This document shows, in pieces, positions 47,488 through 60,600 of a stretch of DNA of 64,000 nucleotides. The stretch spans positions 2,676,996-2,740,995 of the forward strand of contig NC_057718.1 in NCBI RefSeq assembly GCF_004010195.1, read 5' to 3'. The notes beneath the pieces are model-generated. The model searched no databases and was not told the DNA's origin. It worked only from the letters and a program-made list of their open reading frames with translations. Position 1 is the stretch's first letter. Each line of letters begins with the position of its first letter. This stretch comes from Chiloscyllium plagiosum (taxonomy: Eukaryota). Both the position numbers and the translations under genes were made by a program.

Positions 47488-50400
47488 AATCAGAAGCAAA
47501 AACAGAAGTTGTTGGAAAAGCTCAGCAAGTCCAGCAGCATCTATAAAGAGAAATCAGAGTTAATGTTTCAGGTCCAGTGACCCTTCCTTAGAACTTTTCT
47601 AAGGAAGGGTCACCAGACAAGGTCTCTGATGGTAGGCCTCTCCAGAAGGTTCAGATTTATGGGATCCATGGTGACTTGGCCACGTGGATTCAGAATTGGC
47701 TTGCCTATAGAAAGCAGAGTGTCATGATGGAAGGTTGTTTTTCAGGCTGGAGTAACATGGCTAGTGGTGTTCTGCAGGGATCCATCCTGAGACCTCTGCT
47801 GTTTGTGATGTAGATAAATGACTAGGATGAAAATGTAGATGGGTAGTTTAGTAAGTTTATAGATGATACAGAGATCTGTGGAGTTGCGGATAGTGTAGAA
47901 GATTGTCAAAGGATACAATGGGTTAGAAATGAATTGCAGAAAAAGGCAGAGAAATGGCAGGTAGAGTTTAATCCATATTAGTGTGAGGTGCTGCACTTTG
48001 GGAGATCACATATTCAGAAAAGGTATGCAGCTAATGGCAGGACCCTGAACAGCATTGATGTACAGAGGGATCTTGGGGTTCAAGTCCATAGCTCCCCAAA
48101 AATGGTTATGCAAGTAGAGGGTGGTAACAAAGGTGTGTGTAATGCTTGTCTTTATTGGTCACAGACTTGAGTACAAGAGTCAGGATGTCACGTTGCAGGT
48201 TTATGAAAGTTTGATTTGGCCACACTTAGAGTATTATGTTCAATTCTGGTTGCCATATGATAGGAAGGATATGGAGGATTTGGAGAAGGTGGAGAAGAGA
48301 TTTACTGGCTTTTCCCTGCTTGAATTAGACAGTATAAGCTATAAGGTGAGGGTCAATAGACTCAGGTTGTTTTCTGTGGAGCAGCAAAAGGCTGAGAGGA
48401 AACTTGATAGAAGTGTCTAAGATGCATTGATAGTGGTGACACTCAGAATCCTTTTCTCAGAAGTGAAATGTCTAAAACTAGGGAGCATGCATTCAAGGTG
48501 AGATGGACAAAGTTCAAAAGAGACATGAGGGGTTAGTTTTTCACACACATAGTGGTAGGAGTGTGGAACGCACAACCAGGGGTGGTGATAGAAGCAGACA
48601 CAGAAGAGGTGTTTAAGGAATTTTTAAATAAGCAAATGAATATTCATGGTATGGAGGGATATGGACCAAGAACAGGTAGAAGGGATTAGTTTCATTTGGT
48701 GTCATGTTCAGCAGAACATTGTGAGCTGAAGGGCCTGTTCAGGTGCTGCACTGTTCTATGTTCGATGTTCCATGTTCCATGTTCTATCCTGGGCCATTTC
48801 TGTGGTCCTAGTATCCGACCTTTGTTCCCTGAAGTAAACTATCGCTCTCACTGAGTGGAGTTTTGTGTCCAACATTGGAGTTTCTGATGCTATTTCACCC
48901 TCCCTCCCGGATCTGAGAATATCAGGTTTAACCTGTTACGGAGTCTTCTTTCCTTCAACATCTCTGCTGGAGCTATCCCTGTCGGTGCACGAAGGCTGGT
49001 CCTATAATCAAACAGAAACCGGGACAGTTTGGTATCAAATGAAGTTGTAGGCTGTTTCTTTAAACCTGGCTTCAAAGTTTGGACTGCTCTTTCTGCCAGA
49101 TTATTGGCTGATAGGTTATATGGAGCTGTCCTTGCATGTCAAGTGCCATTTGATTTTAGGAAATACTTGAATCCTCTGCTGGTAAATGATGGATCGTTAT
49201 CTGTGACCAGCACCTTGGGGGGTCCGTGTGTTGCATTAGATGAGTCATAGAGTCATAGAGATGTACAGCATGGAAACAGTCCCTTCGGTCCAACCCATCC
49301 ATGCTAACCAGATATCCCAACCCAATCTAGTCCCATCTGCCAGCACCAGCCCATATCCTCCAAACTCTTCCTATTCATACACTCATCCAAATGCCTCTTA
49401 AATGTTGCAATTGTACCAGCCTCCAATACCCCCTCTGGCAGCTCATTCCATACACATGCCACCCTCTGTATGAAAAAGTTGCCCCGTGTGAAAAATCTTT
49501 CCCCTCTCACCCAAACCCATGCCCTCCAGTTCCGGACTCCCCGACACCCGGGAAAAGACTTTGTCTATTTACCCGATCCATAAACCTCTATAAGTTCACC
49601 CCTCAGCCTCCGACGGTGCAGGGAAAACAGCCCCAGCCTGTTCAGCCTCTCCCTGTGGCTCAAATCCTCCAACTCTGGCAACATCCTTGTAAATCGTTTC
49701 TGTACCCTTTCAAGTTTCACTGCACCTTTCCGATAGGAAGGAGATGAGAATTGCATGCAATATTCCAACAGTGGCCTAACCAATGTCCTGTGCAGCCACA
49801 AGATGCCCTCTCAACTCCTGTATCAATACTCTGACCAATAAAGGAAAGCATACCAAATGCCTTCTTCACTATCTTATCTACCTGCGAGTCCACTTTCAAG
49901 GAGCTATAAACCTGCACTCCTAGGTCTCTTTGTTCAGCAACATGCCCTAGGACCTTAGCATTCAGTGTATAAGTCCTGCTAAGATTTGCTTTCCCAAAAT
50001 GCAGCACCTCGCATTTATCTGAATTAAACTCCATCTGCCACTTCTCATCCCATTGGCCCATCTGGTCAAGATCCTGTTGTAATCTGACGTAACCCTCTTC
50101 GCTATTCACTATACCTCCAATTTTGGTGTCATCTGCAAGCTTACTAACTGTACTTCTTATGCTCACATCCAAAGCATTTATGTTAATGACAAAATTAAAG
50201 GACCCAGCTCGCAACCTTTTTACCATTGGCCCCATGTTTAACAATTGTGGCCGATGCATGTCCAATCACTTCGAGTGGGTGTCCATACTGACTGAAAATA
50301 CAGAGCAAATGAAAGGATTGACATAGTCAATGTGTAACCAAGCCCAGGGTTCACCCAGCCATTCCCATGAATTTGAGGGAGCTGCTAGTCGTAATTTTTG

Positions 50401-50584
50401 TCCTTGTTGGCACTCTGGGCACTGCTCACCAATGCAGCTGTATCTGCATCCAATACTAGCCACCATTTTCATTTTGGACACCCCTGGATGACCCTAGTGG
50501 AGTTCAGCCAGTATCTGGCTGAACCTTTGCTTGATGGAATCACTCCTGCTCCCTATAGTAATCTGCCATCCTCTACAGTAATCG

Positions 50585-50670
50585 NNNNNNNNNNNNNNNN
50601 NNNNNNNNNNNNNNNNNNNNNNNNNNNNNNNNNNNNNNNNNNNNNNNNNNNNNNNNNNNNNNNNNNNNNN
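50585..50670. other. Assembly gap between overlapping paralogous pieces
   Basis: 86 N. Sequence after the gap (50671-50870) repeats 50405-50584 in a diverged version. Confidence 0.9.
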
Positions 50671-53600
50671 GTGCTGGCACTCTGGGCACTGCTCACCAAT
50701 GCGGCTGTGTCTGCATCCAATCCTGGCCACCAGACATTACTTTCCACCACATTTCCATTTTGGACACCCCTGGATGGCCCTGGTGGAGATCAGCCAGGAT
50801 CTGGCAGTAAGCTTTGCTCGGTGGAATCACTCCTGCTCCCGACAGTAATCTGCCGTCCTCTACGGTAATCAGGGCTCAGCCGGTCCAGAAAGATTTCAGT
50901 TCAGGTTGTGATGACCCTTTTACTTCCCCAAACAACACCAGCTGTTTTAGTTGAGGAAGGATCGGATCTTTTAGTGTCCACAGTCAGGTCTGGTCAGCGG
51001 TGACCAGAAGGGTATCTGGAAGGTTTACTATTAGAATGGACTCTTCCACTGGCAGCATACCGGTGGATTAATCTGCCAGCAGGAGGTGGCTCAAGGCATC
51101 ACATTTACCACTTGGCCTTCTGGATAGTTTTCTCTCATCAAGTTCCCCTTTATTTACACATGTTTAATACATGACACTGATCCAGCTCCCTCAGAGCCAG
51201 TACTCAGAATGAACAGAAGTCCTGATGTTCCTATTTATATCTGTCAGCCAGGGCTTCTTTTGGAAGGCTATTATTGAACTGGAAACAGTGCAGAAGAAAT
51301 TTACAAGGATATTTCCAGGATTCAAGACACTGAGTGATAGGGAGAGGTTGGACAAGCTTGGAGCTTTTTGCTTTAAAGTGCAGGAGACTGAGACGGGAGT
51401 CTAATAGAAGTGCATGGACATTTTGGTTGGCATGGACCAGTTTGGACTGAAGGAACTGTCTCCGTGCTGTAGGACGTTCTGATTCTATGATTCTATGACT
51501 ATGATTGTTTAGATAAAACGTCTGGGAGCTGGTATATGAAGTGTGTGTATGAGAAGCTGAAATCTGGGTCTCTGAGCAACTCCTGGGCATGGCGGGGGGC
51601 ACATTGTCAGACAGTAATTAGGCGATAACCATTGCCAGTGAATACTCAGGAACTCTGTGTACATGGCAGAGAAACACTTGTGAGGATTTAGCGTCAAAAT
51701 CTGAGGAGAGCAGTGTCTGACTGAGCATGAGAATGAATATTGTAATTAGGCAGTAAAATACAGGAATAGGAGGAGGCCATTTGGCCCATCTAGCCTGCTC
51801 CACCAATCATGGCTGATCTGATAACCCTCAAACCTACTGTCCTGCCTTATCCTGCAAGGGGAAACTACCTCTCTGCATTGCCTCTTCAATATCTAATATG
51901 CCACACTAAGTTCTTCTCACATTCTGCTAAACTCAGATGAATACAGGCCCAACCAACTCACCAACTCTGCATAACAATATCCCTCCACACCCAGGATCAA
52001 CTGAGTGAACCTTCTCTGGACTGCCTCCAATATCAGTGTATGTTTCCTCAGATAAGGGGCCCACAACAGCCCACATTATTCCAGCTCTGGTCTAACTAGT
52101 GCCATCTATAGTTGTAACAAAGTCTCCCTAATTTTAACCACCATTCCCTTTTGAAATTAAGTCCAATGTTCCACCTTCCTTCCTTACTCCCTGCTGAACT
52201 TGGATGCTAGCTCTCAGTGATTCTTGCACACTCTCCAATCCTCCCAGTCCCTCTGTGCTGGGCTGCCAAGCAGTCTTTCCCTCATGGGAGGCAATGACCA
52301 AGTGGCATCATCACTAGATTATTAACCCAGAGACCCATGGCATGTTCTGAGACTCCATATTCATGGAAAATGTTCAAATTTGAATTCCTTTAAAACCTGG
52401 AATTAAACATCTGATGATGACCATACAATGGTTGTTAGGGAAATACCCATTTAGTTGACTGCAATCCTTTAGCCTACATGTGACTCCAAACCCATAACAA
52501 AGGAACTGAATCTTAACAGCACCCTGAGCAATTATGGATGGGTAATAAATGCTGGCTTTGCCAGCAATGTTCACATCTTGAATTAAGAAATAAAATAATA
52601 TTCTTCCTTGAAGTGCATGACCTTGTATTTCCCACAGTACATTTCATCTGCCAACATTGTACCCACTCATTGAAGCTGTCTATAGCCCTGTGCAGACTCT
52701 TTATGTAATTCTCACCATTTACCTTCCCATTTATTTTTGTGTCATCCACAAACTTTGCTTAAGTCGATTCACTTTCTCCATCTAGTCATTAATATCAATT
52801 GTCAATTGTCAATTATTGTGGCCCAACATTGAACTCCGTGACACTCCATAAAATACAGGTTGTTACTCTGAAAATGCTGTCTTTATCCCAACTCCTGTCA
52901 TTTTTAGTTAAGCAATCCTCTGTCCATACTACCTCCAACACGAAGCATGTTCATCCCATTAATTATCCTCATGTGTAGTACCTTATCAAAAGTGATTTGA
53001 AAATCCAAATTCATTACATCCACTTGATCCCCTTTATCTCTCCTGCATCTTACCTCATCAAAGAGTTCCAGTAAATTTGTCAGGCATTATTTATCCTTTG
53101 TGACACCATGCTGACTCTGCTGGTTCATGTTGTACGTTTCTAAATTTTCTGCTGATACCATCTACATCATCACTATCATTATTATTGCTGCTATTGCTGG
53201 AGGGTGAGCTGCCTTCTTGAACCACTGCAGTTCATGTCCTGCAGGTAGATCTGTAATGCTCTTAGGGAGAGAATTCCAGCATTTTGACCCAGTGACACTG
53301 AATGAACAGCAATATATGTTCAAGTCAGAATGATGAGTGGCTTGGAGGGGTTCTTGCAAGGGCTGAAGTTCCCAAGCCCGTGTCCTTCCAGATGGAAGTG
53401 ATTGTGGGTTTGGATTGTGCTGAAAAAGACATTGACATGTCCAAAATGTCAATAAAATTCTGAACAGAGTTAAGAAATATTATTTGACACAAGGTTTATT
53501 TAATTATTTATGTTTATTCTGATGAATTTTGTTTGATCTGAATCAGTCACAAATGCAGTTCAATGGTTTAGTGTAATAATGTGTTCTCTCTGTTTGACTG

Positions 53601-53691
53601 AAAACTCCTACCACCCTGTCAGATCCTTTGAATACAGCAGTACTGTCAATCTGCTCTTGTGGGAATAAACATATTGTCTTTTTCTTTGAAG

Positions 53692-54029
53692 GCATAACTG
53701 GTCCAGTCCTTCTCCAATCTCTGAGCCTGTCACTGAGGATCACACTGCCCAGTTACAGTGCACCATGAGGAATGCCACAGTGACACAAACCGATGTTCAC
53801 TGGTACAGATTGCCCCCAGAGCAAATGATGGAGTCAATTTTAATACATCCAGAAAGTGGGTCCACACAGTGGAGCCCAGAATTCACTGAGCGATTCCAGC
53901 CTTTCAGAGACTCCTCCAATAACGGCTTCATTCTGATCATCACAAACGTCCAGCCCAGTGACACTGGGGTCTATTACCATTCAGTCTGGGGAAAGATCTT
54001 TGGGAGAGGAAACCTGCTCATTGTCGACA
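53692..54029 (+). pseudogene. Pseudogenised paralogue of exon V1
   Basis: Same acceptor, donor and flanking intron as V1, but 338 nt. A 7-nt deletion (agcctg[gaacgtg]tcactgag) frameshifts to a TGA at 53766-53768, and the F-strand Cys codon reads CAT (YYHSVW). Confidence 0.88.
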
Positions 54030-54727
54030 GTAAGTAAAGTTTACATGACAATCAACTTCAGTAATAACCTCATCCCCAATGAATGAATTGGAGATCAGTT
54101 TGTGATCAAGAAGATTGAGGAGGTGATGGAGAGTGATCTTGGGGATGGATTCACTGTGGGGAGGAAGCTGAGCTCCGGTTCAGTGTTGGTGCCTGGGGGG
54201 AGAAAGGGGATATTTTTGTGATATTGGGAGAAGGATTTGTGGGAAATGTGGAGCTTTATCCTGGAGAACAAGTGATATTAATTCCATTTGATTCACAAGA
54301 GAGCCGGTGCCATCAGGCTGGATGTGCAGAGTCATGGAGATTGCTCTGTGAGGTGCCACATCTGCAGGGGAATCTCCCAGGGATTGGGGATGAACCATAA
54401 AGCACAAAGGGTCACATACATCTCTCTCCATTCCAGAGCCAATTGGTTCAATCCAGGTTAAAGGGAATCATTCCACATTGAGCAGGGGGAAAAAGGAGGG
54501 GTTTGCTCTCCATGAGCTCCCACAGCTGAGACTGGGATCGAAGCTGAGATGTTGTCATTATTCTACATTAAACTCCAGCCATCCGAGTCACCTCACAAGG
54601 GAAGAGTGATCATAATATTCTAGGAGTTTCCAACATAATTAGCTGGAGTTTCGTGTTGAATGTTGCTGAGAACCTGGCTTCGGACCCAATCTCGGCTCAC
54701 ATAGTTCCTGCGGCTTTCTCTTCTACT

Positions 54728-54983
54728 TAGAGTCATAGAGTCATAGAGATGTACAGCATGGAACAGACCCTTCGGTCCAACCTGTCCATGCTGACCAGAT
54801 ATCCTAACCCAATCTAGCCTCACCTGCCAGCACCTGACTTATATCCCTCCAAACCTTCCAATTCATATGCCCATCCAAATGCCTCTTAAATGTTGCAATT
54901 GTACCAGCCTCTACCATATCCTCTGGCAGCTCATTCCATACCTGTACCACCCTCTGTGTGAAAATGTTGCCCCTTAGGTCTCT
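54728..54983 (-). mobile_element. Short CR1 3'-end insertion specific to the right arm
   Basis: agagtcatagagtcatagag tail, flanked by tactt repeats; absent at the mirror site ~33830. Confidence 0.8.
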
Positions 54984-57612
54984 TACTTCTCCCATGTTGG
55001 GAGAGTGGGCAGACTTTGAGTAGCACACAGAATACTGGAAAATTTACAATGTAACATTTGGTCCAGCAACTAGCAATACCTAGGTTGCCATGAGACAAAG
55101 AAAATGCAAATTTAACCAATCAGTTTAAATTATGCCCGAAAAAACCAAACTCCAATCAAATTTGAATTTGCAATTTTGACAATACTAATGCCAAAGTAAC
55201 AATCCAATGTTTTGTGTTTAGCTATTAAACAAATTGAACAGTTGAGGGTGAACTGCCAAGTCTCCAGAATATGCAGACTGTCTACAGAATAACTCTCTTA
55301 AATATACCTTTATCTATCAATGACCTGCGAAACAGAAACCCTAAGAAGAAGAAAAGAAGACAGAGGAAGATTCAAAGAGAAGATTCAACAGGTGGCTGGT
55401 TTTGAAATTTGAATTTTTTTTGGTAAATCTTAATCTTATTGGTCCAGTATTATAGAAGGGAAAGTAAAAGATAGGTTAGAGAAAGGAGTTGTAACTAATT
55501 GTCAGTTAATTATTCTCTGCTTGACTTTTAAGTAAAAATATTTTATTAATTTTTACTTTAAATAGTAATCTTTGGGATAGTTCTTGGCCTCTCAAATTTT
55601 AAAGATGACAGCACGGGTTTAATCATATCTGTGTTGCAGGTTTAAATTATCAGTGGGGTTACCCTGTGTTGTAACAGCAGCCAATAGCAGATCAGATGTA
55701 GTGCAGAGAGATGTGAGAATATTCAGACTGGAAGGAGAAATAAGAACAGTGGAGAGAGTGGAAAACTTCAATTCCAACGGATGAGCAAGGGCAGTCAGGG
55801 CTGAGAATATACCCTTCCGTTGAAGAAAGTCATGAAATGTTTAAGAACCATTCTTTAATGTTCTGTAGCAAAAAGAAAGCACTGATTTCACCCAATTCGC
55901 AAGAAACTGAAGAAAGTCTGAGATGTCAGCTCATTCTAATTTCTGATGTGATGTTCTTACTGCACTGGGATGGTCTTTCTTTCAGGCTTTTTTTCTACAA
56001 ACTGCAGGCAGCATTTCTGCAGAGCTATGTTACTCTATCTGTGACTGTATGTTTGAGATTAATGGGATATAATTTCATTTCAAATAGAAATGCAGCTGTT
56101 GATCACATTTTCTGCTTGTTTCAAGAATCTGTCTTGTTGATAATAAATGTCATGTTTGAGGTCACGAATCAAACTGCTTTTTTTTAACTTTGGATCAGAG
56201 GACAGAAAATACATAAAATGGCTGTAGTGTTGATTCAGCAACATGTTTAGTATGGCTTATGGTTTAATGGGGCTTGATTATTAGTCCATTCCCCACATGA
56301 CAGTCTGAACACTGATGTGAGGTGTTTGGTTTCTCTGAAAATTTAATATCATTCAGCATTGAGTTTGGATTCTGAACGAGTGACATGTGGGTTTTGGTCT
56401 TTGTGTGTATGAGAGGATTTAAAGATTACAATGACAATATTGCTGGAGTGATGATTATTTTTTTTTAGAAGGAATCAATCTAACAGAAACTGTTCTTGGA
56501 GTGTGAATGGGAATTTGTTTGCATTGGGAGGGATTTTATGAACAGACAAAGTAAAAATTGAAATCATTAGGTTGCTTACAGATTGATAGAATTGGATTGT
56601 TTTTCGTTTCAAAGAGGCACATATTACTTGGAAAGCCTGATTGTTAAATATACAAAACATTTTCTCCTGTGAAAGGTGATGGTTTTGGATTGTTAAGAAA
56701 TGAGGATCTCAGGATAAGCAGTTTAATCTGAGAATTGCCCCCCCCCCCCCGAAAATGCCACATTTATCTCAATTCTCTGCCATTGTTTAGTTTGTAAATC
56801 CTCTGTCTTTACTATCTGCAATACTAAGGATTCTTGTCGTATTAAGTCCCTTAATGTGTCTTATCAAAAGTGATTAGGGGTAACATGGTGGCCCAGTGGT
56901 TAGCACTGCTGCTTCACAGCATCAGGGATCTGGGTTCGATTCCAATGTCAGGTGACTGTCTGTGTGGAGATTGCGCATTCTCTCCATGTCTCTGTGGGTT
57001 TCCTCCTACAGTCCAAAGATGCGCAGATTTGGTGAATTGGCCATGCTAAGTTATCCATAGTGTTCAGGGATGTGTAGGTTAGGTGCATTAGTCAGGGGTG
57101 AAAATAGGATAAGGGAATGGGTCTGGGTGGACTGCTCTTCAAAGAGTCACTGTGGACGTGTTGGGACAAAGGGCCTTTTTCATCAAACATTTTGTAAATT
57201 AAACTGTTGTTATCGACTGGATGCTCTTTATCTATCCTGCCTCTCACCTCATCAAAGCATTCCAGTAAAGTTGTCCGACATTATTTATCCTTCATAATGC
57301 CATGTTGACTGTCATAGGAGACATTTCTAAAGATTCTGCTGTTACCATCAACATCATCACCATTATCATCACTATTTTCACCTTTATTATTATTATTATT
57401 ACTGGTGGTGAATTGCCTTTTTGAATTGCTGCAGTCCATGTGCTGTAGGTAGTTCCATAATGCCCTGAGGGAGGGAATTTCAGGATTTTGACCCAGTGAC
57501 CATGACGGATGAAGTAACTCCACAGAGGCCGGTATCTCATCACCAAGTCACCCTTTATTTACATGTGCAGAGTCCTTGACACTGATCCATCTCCCTCAGA
57601 GCCAGCTCCCAG

Positions 57613-60600
57613 TGTGATCATGGGATGATACTGCTCCTTTAACAAGGCTTTGTTGTCCTTGGATCTTTTTCTCACAGACATTGGAAGGACACAGACTCTG
57701 AAAAGTCTGGGTTTGGATGGGTTTTAGGGCCAGTTTGATTATAGCTCACAGATACTGCCTCAGGCAAAAGGCTTTTATGTTTTAAAAAACAATCACTGGT
57801 ACAATGAAAAGAGAGTAGCCAGTTCTCCCAGCTCAGCTTGCTCTGCTTTGGTTTGGTTTTCACACAGTAGAATTGAAAAGGCTGCTGGACCCCAAAGAAG
57901 CACGTCAAAGCTGATCCTCTCTCTCTCTCTCTCTCTCTCTGACTTCTCTCCAGTAATACCCTGGGTTTGGTTTTACATTTTGTGTCAAGAGCTGTTTAAG
58001 GCGATTGTTGCAAGTGTTTGGAATAACATCATTAATTTGGGATAACCTATTGTATTTTCGGATAGGTGAAGTTAATCTGTATTCTGTTCTCTTTTGTTTG
58101 TGTATCATTTAGAAACCTTGCAAATAAATTCTGTTTTGTTTAAAACTACTTGGTTTGACCAACTGCATCCCTCCTGGAATATCTGCATTACCCCAGCTGA
58201 AAACAATGAGCAAAGTTAGAGTCTGGGCCACATTGTTGAAAAGTTTTGAGGGGGTCTGGCCTGATCCTAATAGACTGGGGGCTCTTTGCGGGAATTGTTC
58301 TTTGGTTCGGATTTGGATTAGGGTTGTTGAACTCGAAGGCAGCGAGTGGTAAGTGTTAGTGTCTTTTGTTCCAGGTGTTGAATTTTGTTGATTTAAACAG
58401 TATTTTGGATAGGAATGGCTCTTTCAGTCACAGAGAGTTTTCTGGAGATGGAAGAAGTGACCTTAGGGGTTTTACAAAAGGTGGTTAAGGCCAAGCTGCG
58501 AGAATTAGCAGACAAGCTGTTGTTGGAGCTGCCTCCTTCTGTGAAGAAACAAGAGATAATTACAGCAATAACTCAGCATTTATATTTGCTGGAAATGCCA
58601 TCAGAATCTTAAAAGATGGCTAAAATTCAATTGAAAATAAAATCGCTTGAATTCTGATTAAAAGCATTGGAAATGTACAAAGAAAGAATCGATTCAGCAG
58701 AACAACAAGTAAAAGAAGAAATTGTTTTAAAGAACAAAAAAGTGAAGAGAGAGAAAAGGAGAGAGAAAGAGGGAGAAAGGAGCAAGAAAGAGCAAGAGAA
58801 AGAGAAAGAAGAGAGAGAAATGGAGAGAGAGAAAAGGGAGAAAGAGAGAAATTGGCAATAAGACGGGAAGTCAGCTTAAAAGGATGGAGCTGAAGGCTGA
58901 GGGTAAGCTGAGTGAGGAAGAGAGTAAACCCATGGTAGCCAAAGACCTGGTGAGAAACTGTTTAAATATTTTCACACATTACAGAAATTTGACGAGAAGG
59001 ATGTCGAAGACTTTTACATCTCATTTGAAAAGGTGGCTAAACAAATGCAGTGGCCAGAGTCGATGTGGGTTTTGTTGATCCAAACAAAACTTGTTGTTAG
59101 AGCGAGTGAGGTATTCACATCACTGTCAGAGGAGCTGTCTGGGGCATAAGAGGAGGTGAAGAAAGCCACCTTAGGTGCAGATGAGCTTATGCCAGAAGCA
59201 GACAGGCAATGTTTCAGGAATCTAAGGTGGGAGCCTGCAAACAAAGTAATTTTGATATTGGATAAGGGCATTAAAAACAGAGCAAAATTATGACTCTCTT
59301 AGAGAGACAATTGTTTTGGAGGAGTTTAAAAATTCACTTCCTGAAATAGTGAGAACTCATGTGGAAGAACAGAGAGTTAAAATGACAAGATTAGCAGCTA
59401 AAGTGGCTGATGATTATGAGCTGGTTCATAAAGCTAAGTTTAGTACATCTCAGTGATGATCATAAGGATAACTTGCCCCTGGTTAAAAAGAAAACCCCTG
59501 AAGGGGAAAGAGAAATTAAAAAGCTTCAGTGTTTTCATTGCAATAAAGTTGGTCACATGAAATCACAGTGTTGGTGGGTTAGGAAAAGCACTTGGAAGAT
59601 GGATGTAGGAAAACAGGATAAGCCAGCGACTTTTGTTGGAATGGTAATGGAAAGCACAGTGGTGGCTAGAAAGCTGCACCAGAATGTACGAGCTGGTCAG
59701 AGGTTGGTTAAGGAGGAAGTGCCAGAACTTCTTAAACCATATACCTGTGAAGGTAAAGTTTACCTGCTTAGGTCAGGAGCAGCAGGTAAAGAGGTTACAA
59801 TATTAAAAGATACAGGATCCTCTCAATCTGTGATGTTGAATGATGAGGATATATGTCCTTCTGAAGGACTATTGCCAGAAAAGGTGCTAGTTATGGAAAG
59901 TCAAGGTGTGACAAGAAGTGCTCAATTATGTAAAGTAAGGTTTGAGTGTCCAATGAAGAATAGAGATGTCATGGTTGGAGTACTGGACAAACTCTCAGCT
60001 TTAGGAACACAATTTGTCCTTGCTAATTATATAGTTGATTCACAGTTCAGAGTCCTGTAGGTGGTTTTCCAATTACCTGACATATATGACAGGTTTGGCA
60101 AAATTCAACTTGCATGTGCAGTCCAGGCCAGTAAAAATGCTTTTATATTTTAGCTTGTGTTTTTCTCACTCCTAAATGACCCCCTGGTGGGAGCTCATGT
60201 GCCACTCACAACACTACCATTCTATAACCCACTGGCAATACAACTTGATGAACTTCTGCCCATTTCTCATCTACCTGAATATGAGATGATCTCCATTTCC
60301 TCATTAAGACACCATCTTTAAAGTAATAATGTTCAGGGATAGATTCGGATTCTTTTTCTATGTATGCCTTTCTGCTGTAGCTCAGTTAATTTATCTGAGC
60401 TAAAGATGTCTGCATTATCATCTATCTGCTCGTGGTTTGTGTCAACCATCTGAACAACAAGGTCTCTGCTAATTCCACTTCAACTTTCTTAACTGAACTC
60501 TTTGCTCTCTCTGTTTCAACTGGAGACTTTGTGACCTCAATTCCACGCAGTCAGGAAAAATCCCAGGATATGTGTCCTGCAGTCATTCAGTTGCATGAGT

